Assembly (NCBI GenBank): GCA_036273975.1
Contig: DASUGO010000106.1
Span: forward strand, 4,943-68,942
Origin: Candidatus Krumholzibacteriia bacterium
GTDB lineage: Bacteria > Krumholzibacteriota > Krumholzibacteriia > WVZY01 > JAKEHA01
Reading direction: 5' to 3'
DNA length: 64,000 nt
Part shown: positions 50,590 through 58,592 of the stretch, one piece after another
How the letters are laid out: every line of letters begins with the position of its first letter
Numbering within the stretch: the first letter of the stretch is position 1
Program-made: the position numbers and the translations under genes
Notes under the pieces: model-generated
Database searches by the model: none
What the model was told of the DNA's origin: nothing
Seen by the model: only the letters and a program-made list of their open reading frames with translations

Positions 50590-52119
50590 CTACCACGAGC
50601 CACGCCTGAACGAACGCAGCGAGTTCCATCGTTCCTCCGCCTCCCACCGTTCCCTTAAGGAGGGCACAACGAAGGCGCCACAGTCTCCGCCCGAAACGAC
50701 CGACATTGCGCCCTCCATCATCGTCTGAAGCCCGTCAAAGAAGTCGTCGTGCTCGCCCTGCGGGAACAGGAGGAGCTCGTCCATCAGCGCTTGCCAGTCA
50801 ACCCACGGGCCATGGGCGATATGCTTGGCTGGCAAGAGAATCTGCCCGTTCTCCAGGAACGCCTGTAACCAGTAGGCGCGCGCCACCTTGTCGGTCGTCC
50901 GCTCCATGCGGCGGACCGGCATGTGTTTCTCCGCATCCTGCGCCAGATACTCCTGTGCCGCCACGGTCTCGATCATGACTTTCAAGGGCTTGTACTTCTG
51001 GTTCAACTGCTTGAGCTTGTCCAGGTACTCTTCCTTCGTGCACCGCCCGCGCCAGATTTCCCGCACGTAGACTTCCGAGGCATACTTCTGCTCTTTGAAC
51101 GGCCGCGCACCCACGACAATGGTCCACCAGTCCGTGTCGCTGCGCCCTGCGGAAATGATGGCCTCACGCTTCGTCGCCGCCGGGTCACAGCCAATGAAAT
51201 GGTGCATCTCGGCCCAGTTGGGCTCCTCGTCGTAGAACCGAAACCACTCTTCGCGGAAGATGTGACCCTTCATGAGGCTGGTGTCATTCTGATACTGGGC
51301 GTTGAAGATGATAGAGCCCGCCTGGCGCCGGTGCTCCTCCAACCACTCGAGCGAGAACTTCTCGGGCCATGGCGTGGCTCCGTCCGGCGCAATCGCACGG
51401 ATGATCTGGTGCTTCTCCGCGTACTCGTTTCGGATGAGGTGTCCGTAGAGGTCGAGGTGGTGGTACCGCGTCCCGATGACGAAAAGCCGCCCGTCGGGCT
51501 CCAGGCAAGGAAGCAGCGTCTGGTACCACCACGTTTTCACCCGCTCACGCTGGGTCTCGGTGCGGGCGTTCTCCTCGTCCACCAGATCGTCCGCGATGAT
51601 GAGGTCATAGTGGCGAGAGGCCACCGGGCCACCCACGCCCACGCACGTGATCGTACTCTCCTTCGCGGTTGATGTCCGAGGACCGACCACAATCTCGCGT
51701 GTGTCCCACTTGTCCTCCGAGGCGAAGTTGCCGAAGTATTCCTTCAGCCGATCGTTTTTCTCGAAGTGCGCTTTAATCTCGCGCAGAAACACCTCGGCCT
51801 GGATCTGCGTGTTTGAGGAGATCAGAATGCGGATGTTGGGGTTCTTGAGGATCTCGAAGATCACCCGGGTGATCGTGAGGATCGTCGACTTGCCGTACCC
51901 CCGTGGTGCCAGCTGGAGGCAGGTGTCCGGCGCTGCCCCCTGAAAGTCGATCATCTCCTGGTGGAACGGACGAACGTCGTAGCCGAGCACGTGGGACGCG
52001 AGGAGACCAACTCCACCCTGCCGAACAATCTCGCGCCGGACCGTCTCGCGGCGCAGAGCGCGAAGGCGGAGGACGGTCTGGCGCAGGTCACCTGATCTCG
52101 ATCTCATAGCTATCGGCAC
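50590..52119 (-). CDS. Phage terminase large subunit (TerL)
   Basis: An N-terminal ATPase with Walker A (LAPRGYGKSTILT) and Walker B/coupling motifs (DLIIADDLVDEEN), and a C-terminal RNaseH-like nuclease region (HHFIGCDPAAT...D). At ~509 aa it is typical of TerL. Confidence 0.75.
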   Translation of the reverse strand: MPIAMRSRSGDLRQTVLRLRALRRETVRREIVRQGGVGLLASHVLGYDVRPFHQEMIDFQGAAPDTCLQLAPRGYGKSTILTITRVIFEILKNPNIRILISSNTQIQAEVFLREIKAHFEKNDRLKEYFGNFASEDKWDTREIVVGPRTSTAKESTITCVGVGGPVASRHYDLIIADDLVDEENARTETQRERVKTWWYQTLLPCLEPDGRLFVIGTRYHHLDLYGHLIRNEYAEKHQIIRAIAPDGATPWPEKFSLEWLEEHRRQAGSIIFNAQYQNDTSLMKGHIFREEWFRFYDEEPNWAEMHHFIGCDPAATKREAIISAGRSDTDWWTIVVGARPFKEQKYASEVYVREIWRGRCTKEEYLDKLKQLNQKYKPLKVMIETVAAQEYLAQDAEKHMPVRRMERTTDKVARAYWLQAFLENGQILLPAKHIAHGPWVDWQALMDELLLFPQGEHDDFFDGLQTMMEGAMSVVSGGDCGAFVVPSLRERWEAEERWNSLRSFRRGSW

Positions 52120-52150
52120 AACAACACCTCCTGCCGGCTCGCTTTCGCCG

Positions 52151-53068
52151 CTATTCCCACCCGAGGACTTCTTGCAGGTATTCCAACGCCGGGCGCCCTT
52201 CTCTGTCGAGTTGGATACGATAGCCCGACTCGATCCTCTCCTTCACGCGTTGCCCTACCTTATAGGCGGATCCATGCAGGGTCGTCAGGCCGTGGTCCTC
52301 GGTAACCCCGAGTCGTCGGAGATTGAGGTCATCATAGCCAAACCCCAGGAAGTGAATCGCCCTGTAACTGCCTAGATGAAGAGACACATGCCTGAACGGC
52401 TCTCGCGTGATCCCAGGATCATAGGGGATCCGCAAGCACTCCGCGCATCCAGCTATGGCGTCACACGCTACCTCCATACCGTACGGCCGGCTGTAGCTGC
52501 TCGCGGTATCCTGCGCGTTTGGCTGTTCCCACGGGAGATGCCCTAACTTGCCATACATGTGGTCGATCGTAAGCGAATTAACGAAGCGCGCAGCGTCGGC
52601 CTCGGTGCGATTCAATCGGTTCACGATCCACGTGAACAGAAAATGCTCGAGCGAACGATCGTAATTGAACGTGACAAAACCGATTCTCCGATTATCAAGA
52701 TCGGAAGGTCCTGGGAAGAAATGCCGCGCTAGCAGCGCGTACCAGTTCCCGTTCTTCCTATCAAACAGCCTCGCCTCGTCCTCCCGGCGCGCAAGCTCAT
52801 GCGCCATGATCGCCCGGCCCATATCCGAATAGCGCCAGTTGTGCTCCAAGAACTGATCAATCGTCCCCGCCACAGAACGCGTAAGGCGGTCCCGAAAGTC
52901 ACCTATGTCCTCGTCACCATACCCGAGTTCGCCGAGAGTGCGACGAATCGGCGAACTGTCATCGGCTAGCCCGTCAATGATGGAGTCGCAAAGGTCCCGG
53001 CCGGTGGGAAACCCGAAGGGAACGCTGGCACCGGCTCCCAAGACCAGCAGAATCGGTTCATCCGGCAT
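52151..53068 (-). CDS. SIR2_2-family (defence-type sirtuin-like, predicted NAD+-consuming) protein
   Basis: It opens with the SIR2_2 hallmark LLVLGAGASVPFGFPTGRDL. The conserved TFNYDRSLE (N-Y-D) motif and a downstream KLGH (KLHG-like) motif are also present. The start could be any of several Met codons between 53068 and 53167. Confidence 0.6.
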   Translation of the reverse strand: MPDEPILLVLGAGASVPFGFPTGRDLCDSIIDGLADDSSPIRRTLGELGYGDEDIGDFRDRLTRSVAGTIDQFLEHNWRYSDMGRAIMAHELARREDEARLFDRKNGNWYALLARHFFPGPSDLDNRRIGFVTFNYDRSLEHFLFTWIVNRLNRTEADAARFVNSLTIDHMYGKLGHLPWEQPNAQDTASSYSRPYGMEVACDAIAGCAECLRIPYDPGITREPFRHVSLHLGSYRAIHFLGFGYDDLNLRRLGVTEDHGLTTLHGSAYKVGQRVKERIESGYRIQLDREGRPALEYLQEVLGWE

Positions 53069-53085
53069 CCTGATTCCCCAAGCCG

Positions 53086-53745
53086 TCATAGGATTGATCG
53101 CCACCATTTCTTTGGCGGCCATAAGAGCTTCACTTGTGGTTTCCAGAACATCGGATCGACCATGCAAACGCCGTCCTGCCCCTCGACGTGCGTGATCATG
53201 ACGTTTGATTCTCCATGGTACTCAGGCCGCTGGGCGAAGCCGAGGTAGGCCGCAAACTGGTCGAAGGCGTGGTGCTCGAAAAACTCCTTGGGAACGATCT
53301 TGTGAAGCGCCCCGAACTCGCCAGACCTTGCCCAGACCCTCAGGCGCCCGGTATGTGCCGCTTCCCGCACCTCTTGCGCTATTCTCAAGTATGGATCGAC
53401 GAGAGCGTCAATCTGCCTGTCGGTGAGTTCAGGTTCATCTTTGGGTGCAATACTCACCATCGGGCGAAGCCCCGATCCGATCCGGCTCTCATTCCCCAGG
53501 TAGTGCAACAACTCATCCATCGTGAAGTTCGGCCGCGGCCACGCGTACCACCAGAGCCAAATCGTCGCTCGCACGCCAAGATAGACGAACAACACGGTCG
53601 CACCGAGAAGTGCAGGAATCAGATAAGCGGGCACGCGATCAATCACAGCGAGAACGGTCGCGCACCCCGCTAGAACCCAGATCACTACCTGTCCAGCAAA
53701 AGCAAGCTCGCCAAGAACCTGTAACGAGCGTCTAAGTCTGTTCAT
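53086..53745 (-). CDS. Two-TM membrane protein with a ~130-aa cytoplasmic domain (hypothetical), operonic with the SIR2-like gene
   Basis: Two N-terminal hydrophobic helices (VVIWVLAGCATVLAVI; LIPALLGATVLFVYLGVRATIWLWWYAW) then a soluble domain. Its stop lies within ~20 nt of the SIR2 start, and its start overlaps the upstream Zn-ribbon ORF by 4 nt. Confidence 0.45.
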   Translation of the reverse strand: MNRLRRSLQVLGELAFAGQVVIWVLAGCATVLAVIDRVPAYLIPALLGATVLFVYLGVRATIWLWWYAWPRPNFTMDELLHYLGNESRIGSGLRPMVSIAPKDEPELTDRQIDALVDPYLRIAQEVREAAHTGRLRVWARSGEFGALHKIVPKEFFEHHAFDQFAAYLGFAQRPEYHGESNVMITHVEGQDGVCMVDPMFWKPQVKLLWPPKKWWRSIL

Positions 53746-54266
53746 TCTCTGTCCGCGTCATTCGTGATCTTGTTGTTCCGATGCTTGTCGCGGCCATGCC
53801 CTCGGTGCTCCGACAACGGCTCGTCGCATTCGTGAATGATCTCGCCCGTTTCCAGATCGGTCACCTTCTCTTTGTATAGATTGCGATCGCGGTCGGCCGA
53901 CCACTCCCGCCACACACGCGTCCCTCGGTCGCGCGACAACTCGTCCGCTGCCTTGAAACGCTGCCGCGCCTTTTCTCTGCTCGGCCTGCTCGGGTCCTTG
54001 ATCGTGCTGGAGATGGTTTCAAATGCCGTCGGGCCCGTGTCGTTGATCTCAAGCGAATCAGACACCTTCACCGCGCCACCCCCACATCGGGGGCACGTCC
54101 GATCATCGATCGGATCGCCGCCCTTCGAGACAGCGCCGCACGCTGAACAGATGATAATTGTGGACACCGCACCTCCTTCCTTCAGCCCGGAGCCTGGCCC
54201 CGTTGCGCAGATTATGGCCGCCCAGAACCACAAGCACAAGGGCCTCGGGGCGCTCGGAGTCCCCAT
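53742..54266 (-). CDS. Zinc-ribbon protein (CxxC...CPRCGG) with a charged C-terminal tail (hypothetical)
   Basis: The motif IICSACGAVSKGGDPIDDRTCPRCGGG, then a highly charged region (REKARQRFKAADELSRDRGTRVWREW...). The start codon is uncertain. Confidence 0.4.
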   Translation of the reverse strand: MGTPSAPRPLCLWFWAAIICATGPGSGLKEGGAVSTIIICSACGAVSKGGDPIDDRTCPRCGGGAVKVSDSLEINDTGPTAFETISSTIKDPSRPSREKARQRFKAADELSRDRGTRVWREWSADRDRNLYKEKVTDLETGEIIHECDEPLSEHRGHGRDKHRNNKITNDADRE

Positions 54267-54357
54267 ATCTTGGGGGGTTGACTCCCGCGCCCCCGGGAAG
54301 CGTTCATGAACCAGCCCCGGCCCGCGGCGCGCCGCCCGGCGGTGCCAACAGGGACCC

Positions 54358-54993
54358 ATGCTGGACTTCGCATCCCAAGAAGAGATCGCCCGCGCGATGC
54401 TGGCGATGGTGCGCTACCTGCCCGCCCTCGTCCGGGCGTTCGAGGCGGGTGTTATCGACCTCGGCCTCACCATCACCGAGCGGGCCTTGAGCCGCGACGC
54501 GGAAGGCACTGTGCTCCCCACGCTCGTGGTCAAGGGCGGGCACCTCACCTACCACCTCGGCCTCCGGAACGCCATTGAGGACTTCCTCGCCGTCGACCGC
54601 GAGGCCCGGCCGGTTCACGTGGACCCCGGCCTCGATGACGACACTTACGCGCAAGCGAAGATCGCCGACATCATCTCCGGGCGGCTGGCGCTCGTAAAGC
54701 TCGTCGAGGAGAGCTCGGACCTCGCGGAGGCGCAACAACGCATGAAGGACCTGGGCAAGGGGTTTGCCTGGCTCCGCTCGGTTGTCGTGGACGGCCCAGA
54801 GAACGTCGAGAGACCCGTGTGCAAACTGGTTGGGACCGACGGCAACGTGTTCGCCGTCATCGGTCGGGTCCGAGAGACACTCCAACGTGCGGGGCAGACT
54901 AGCAGTGCGTCGGAGTTCGTGAAGCGAGCATTTGCCGCTCGGTCCTACGACGAGGTGCTCCGGCTGTGCATGGAATACGTGGAGGTTCGATGA
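54358..54993 (+). CDS. Hypothetical protein (211 aa), translationally coupled to the tyrosine integrase
   Basis: An ORF with good codon usage. Its stop overlaps the integrase start as ATGA. It is the first gene of a plus-strand block within a minus-strand region. Confidence 0.45.
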   Translation: MLDFASQEEIARAMLAMVRYLPALVRAFEAGVIDLGLTITERALSRDAEGTVLPTLVVKGGHLTYHLGLRNAIEDFLAVDREARPVHVDPGLDDDTYAQAKIADIISGRLALVKLVEESSDLAEAQQRMKDLGKGFAWLRSVVVDGPENVERPVCKLVGTDGNVFAVIGRVRETLQRAGQTSSASEFVKRAFAARSYDEVLRLCMEYVEVR

Positions 54994-55886
54994 TGCAAGC
55001 GATGACGCTTCAGGCAGCGATCCAACGATTCGAGGTCCAGCTCCGGGCGGACGGGAAGAGCCCCCGGACCCGGGAGTGCTACCTCTGGGACCTGGAACGC
55101 CTCGCCCGGGCTCTGGGCCCCAGGACTGCGGTGCGGTCTATCACGCCCCACCGGCTGGCCCTGTTCGTCAACTCCTCGGGGTTCGCCTTGACCCCGGCCG
55201 GCCGGCCCAAGAAGCCCGCGTCCGTCAACCGCTCAAAGACCGCCCTCCGGGTGTTCTTCCGGTTCCTCGTCGACTCGGACTACTTGACCCGAAACCCGGC
55301 CCGACTTGTGCGATACGCGCGCCTGCAGCAGCTCCCAGCGCGGGCGATGAAAGCCGCGGAAGTGGATCAGCTGCTCAAGACGATCGGCAAGCACCGCGGG
55401 CCGCTCGCCCGGCGCGACGAACTGATGTTCCGGCTCATGCTGGGTACGGGAATCCGGCTGGGGTCGCTGGTCGGCTTGAACCTCGGGGATCTGGACTTGA
55501 AGGCGGGGACGCTGCGTATCAAGGCGAAGGGGGGCGTCGAGCAAACGGTATACCTGAACGCAGGCCTTCGGCGGGACCTCGGCCTTCACGTCAAGACGCA
55601 GACGGGCGGTGAAGGTTCTGTCTTCCGCTCGCACGGGGGTGGTCGAATCGGCCCCCGCCAGGTCCAGATTCGGTTTGCGCATTGGCGGGACCGGGTGGGA
55701 CTCGGTCAGGTCTTTACGGTGCATTCCCTTCGCCACACCTTCGCGACCCGGCTCTATCAACAGACCCGCGATCTGCACCTCGTTCGGGAGGCTCTCGGTC
55801 ATGCGAGCGTCGGGACAACTCAACGGTACGCGGTGGTGGACAAGCGGAGCCTTCGATCTGCCATTACTCGCCTGTCAGTCCCGTGA
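54990..55886 (+). CDS. Tyrosine-type site-specific recombinase/integrase (XerC/XerD-like)
   Basis: An N-terminal SAM-like core-binding domain (CYLWDLERLARAL) and the catalytic domain R...HSLRHTFATRLY...LGHASVGTTQRY with the catalytic Tyr context. Confidence 0.85.
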   Translation: MMQAMTLQAAIQRFEVQLRADGKSPRTRECYLWDLERLARALGPRTAVRSITPHRLALFVNSSGFALTPAGRPKKPASVNRSKTALRVFFRFLVDSDYLTRNPARLVRYARLQQLPARAMKAAEVDQLLKTIGKHRGPLARRDELMFRLMLGTGIRLGSLVGLNLGDLDLKAGTLRIKAKGGVEQTVYLNAGLRRDLGLHVKTQTGGEGSVFRSHGGGRIGPRQVQIRFAHWRDRVGLGQVFTVHSLRHTFATRLYQQTRDLHLVREALGHASVGTTQRYAVVDKRSLRSAITRLSVP

Positions 55887-56039
55887 TGCTCTCCCTGAGA
55901 AAGTCCCTCGCTGACCCGCCAAGGCAAGGCGCTCGATTCTTTCCTATGCTATTCTGATAGTCTGACCAACCGGACCTTCAGTTTCTTGTACCCATCGGAA
56001 ACGCAGTGGTTACAACGCTCATGACGTGCACCGCGACCG

Positions 56040-56786
56040 ATGGAGCCTGGCGGTAGGTTGACGGCCGGTCGGCACTGGGCCTCATCCGAAGGAACCATTG
56101 TATTGCTGCGAGTCAGCGTCGTCTTTGTCTTGCGCGCGCTGGTACGTTCCGAGTGGCGCATGGTGCGCCTCCGAGTCGAGCTTGAGCGCACACGCCTTGC
56201 CAACCGCGTCGACGTTGCTCCGCCTCTGATCGCCCAGCAGTTGCTTGTCTCGGGCGAGGATCACAGACACGCCCGGCATCCAGGCTTCGATCTATTCGCA
56301 ATTGGCCGCGCACTCTGGCGGCGTGTGGCACATGGATCGCGTGAAGGTGCCAGCACAATCGAGCAGCAGGTAGTCCGTACAATCACAGGGCGATACGAGC
56401 GCACCCTTCGTCGCAAATTGAAGGAGATACTGCTCGCCATCCTCGTGGCCCAGTCCTTTCCGAAGGAGATCCTCCCATCTGTATATCTCCAGATCGCTTA
56501 TTATGGTTGGCGTATGAATGGTTATCAGCAGGCGTGCCAGCGGCTTGGGCTGCATCCCAGCTCCTTGGCGCTGGACGAAGCCGCCGGTTTGGTCGCGCGG
56601 CTGAAGTATCCCGAGCCGAGAACCGCACCGTCCACGCGAACGCTTCAGATCGGTTACCGTACGGAGCACCTACTTGGCCTTTATCGGCGGCACGTGCATG
56701 AAGGGAATTACAGGCATCTCAATGGCAAGACCGTTTGCAATAGAGCCTCGGCTCATGCAGCTACTGAGCCCATACCCGAGCGCTGA
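56040..56786 (+). CDS. Monofunctional peptidoglycan glycosyltransferase (GT51 transglycosylase)-like protein
   Basis: An N-terminal TM (IVLLRVSVVFVLRALV) and GT51 motifs (GEDHRHARHPGFDLFAIGRALWRRVAHG...GASTIEQQVVR...RRKLKEILLAILVAQSFPKEILPSVYLQIAYYG). It lies in the lower-GC cargo region. Confidence 0.55.
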   Translation: MEPGGRLTAGRHWASSEGTIVLLRVSVVFVLRALVRSEWRMVRLRVELERTRLANRVDVAPPLIAQQLLVSGEDHRHARHPGFDLFAIGRALWRRVAHGSREGASTIEQQVVRTITGRYERTLRRKLKEILLAILVAQSFPKEILPSVYLQIAYYGWRMNGYQQACQRLGLHPSSLALDEAAGLVARLKYPEPRTAPSTRTLQIGYRTEHLLGLYRRHVHEGNYRHLNGKTVCNRASAHAATEPIPER

Positions 56787-57405
56787 CGAGCTCCGCGCGG
56801 CGTTATCCGGAGGCACGCGCCGTAGCCGAGAGATCGTCACGCGTCTCTGGCTGACCGAAGGCCTCCCCGCTGCCTTCCGAGGTTGCCCCGCGATATACGA
56901 AGAAGTGCGCGGCTGGCTCGGCACTCAACTTGGCATCCATCCGAAGGAGATTACGCTCATCGGGAGCGCGAGAGTCGGCTACTCACTCGCCCCAGCGCCC
57001 GATTTCGGAAGGCGCTTTGGCAAACACTCTGACCTCGATCTGAGCGTCATTTCCGCGCAGCTATTCGCACGTTTGGTTACGGCGTTCAACCTTTTCGCAG
57101 ACGATTACAGACAGAACTCCGCGGTCCCCAGGAGCGATCGCGAGCGTGAGCTCTGGGACGACAATCTCCAATTCGGTCGGCGCAACATTCCTCGAGGCTT
57201 TCTGGACGCCAGAAAGATACCGAACTTCGCCCGTTACTCGGATTCTCAAAACATCAACCAAACAATGTGGGTGCTGCTGAAAAAGTTTGAAGTCACTCCT
57301 GGAGCACCCGAGGTTCGGAGGGTTTCCGTCCGCGTGTACCGAGATTGGCAATGCTTCATCGACCAAGTTTCGCTGAATCTTCGAAGCGCGCTTCCCACAG
57401 CGTAA
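56755..57405 (+). CDS. Pol-β-fold nucleotidyltransferase (minimal NTase; SMODS/CD-NTase-like or MNT-like)
   Basis: The signature LIGSARVGYSLAPAPDFGRRFGKHSDLDLSVI matches the hG[GS]...D.D motif of pol-β NTases. Downstream acidic candidates (FADDY, WDDN) could supply the third catalytic residue. The start (56722 or 56755) is uncertain because it overlaps the GT51-like ORF. Confidence 0.45.
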   Translation: MQLLSPYPSADELRAALSGGTRRSREIVTRLWLTEGLPAAFRGCPAIYEEVRGWLGTQLGIHPKEITLIGSARVGYSLAPAPDFGRRFGKHSDLDLSVISAQLFARLVTAFNLFADDYRQNSAVPRSDRERELWDDNLQFGRRNIPRGFLDARKIPNFARYSDSQNINQTMWVLLKKFEVTPGAPEVRRVSVRVYRDWQCFIDQVSLNLRSALPTA

Positions 57406-57632
57406 TCTGCGTTAGGGCAAATACGCGCTACGCCTTTAGGGCAACGCCTCCCCGGCATCCCGAATCCCTCGGGCGGCATCAGGGCAATGCAGGGCTTCGC
57501 TGTGATCGACAACCGGGGCCCGCCCGCTGCCGTAATTGGTCCTCTCCTTGTTGCAGTCCATTCAACTCCGTTTCCGAACAGGCATCCATGCAGACTTGCG
57601 AAACGCTGTGCTCGCGCCAAGACGCCTGACTG

Positions 57633-58352
57633 ATGATCTGCGCGCTCATCGACTACTGGCGCTATAGGCGACGCCCAGGGCGATTCGGCATCATTGGCCA
57701 GAGGAGCCTGATGACCTCGGCGTACAATGGGACGTTGCCGGACGCCTTAGTCGACCGCCTTCGGCCGGGAGACATCCTGTTTATCCAGAGCCTGCATTCC
57801 TTCCCGGCCTGGCTGGTTATGTACCTCACCAAGTCCGAGGTCAGCCATGTCGCTTCGTATATCGGTGGCAAACGTATCATTCACGCAACTTTCAGCGGCG
57901 TTACCGAGGAGCCACTGGCCGTGCTATTCACGCCTAACACGCTCCTATTCGCCTGCGGAACGCGCTCCACGTCCGAGCAGCAAACTTCCTTCGTTCCAGC
58001 TGCGAGAGCGCGTGTGGGGAGGCGCTATGGTTGGTTCTGGGTTGTTCTCAAGGGGCTATTTATCTTCACCGGCCGGGACCCGCTTTACTTCCGATGGAGC
58101 TTCTTTCTTGATTTCGCGGTCCTATTTGTCGCCCTTGGCGCACCGTTCGTTGCCCTAGAATGGTTCCCTTTTCCATTGCTGCTGTTTCCTATGTACTTCC
58201 TCGTTGTTATTATGAACTCGCTGATTGCACACCACCGACCGCTGCCCGTCGTCGGACTACTTGCCAAGCCCGTTGAGGTACTCATGATCGCGTGGGCGGA
58301 AGGGTGGGACTTCTACCTGAATCCAGCGGGTGGCGCGGATCCCGATTCCTAG
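57633..58352 (+). CDS. Membrane protein with an N-terminal permuted papain-fold (LRAT/YaeF/NlpC-P60-like) domain and C-terminal multi-TM region
   Basis: A His-first permuted NlpC/P60 pattern (RPGDILFIQS...SHVASYIGGKRIIHA, then a Cys in LLFACGT). The C-terminal ~110 aa form 3-4 hydrophobic helices (WFWVVLKGLFIF; FLDFAVLFVALGAPFVAL; LLLFPMYFLVVIMNSLIA). Confidence 0.4.
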   Translation: MICALIDYWRYRRRPGRFGIIGQRSLMTSAYNGTLPDALVDRLRPGDILFIQSLHSFPAWLVMYLTKSEVSHVASYIGGKRIIHATFSGVTEEPLAVLFTPNTLLFACGTRSTSEQQTSFVPAARARVGRRYGWFWVVLKGLFIFTGRDPLYFRWSFFLDFAVLFVALGAPFVALEWFPFPLLLFPMYFLVVIMNSLIAHHRPLPVVGLLAKPVEVLMIAWAEGWDFYLNPAGGADPDS

Positions 58353-58403
58353 GGCATTGGTACAGATCTGCACCCCCGGCGGGCTAATTCTTGCTCTCAG
58401 CAA

Positions 58404-58557
58404 GGCCTCCGCCACCGTTGCCACCCGGCTTTGCCTTCAGACTCGCGATCTCCATCTCGTTCGAGAGGCCCTCGGGCACGCGGGCGTCGGGACGACACAG
58501 CGGCACGCTGTCGTGGACCGGAAAAGCCTCCGCACCGCCATCGCGCGTCTCCGATAG
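58404..58557 (+). pseudogene. Degenerate 3' fragment of a tyrosine integrase gene, paralogous to 55738-55886
   Basis: The translation VATRLCLQTRDLHLVREALGHAGVGTTQRHAVVDRKSLRTAIARLR aligns with the intact integrase C-terminus FATRLYQQTRDLHLVREALGHASVGTTQRYAVVDKRSLRSAITRLSVP. The nucleotide similarity is roughly 70% by eye. It has no N-terminal part. Confidence 0.55.
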
Positions 58558-58592
58558 CCGGGAGACCTCTGTTTGGCTACCAGATCCCCCTC

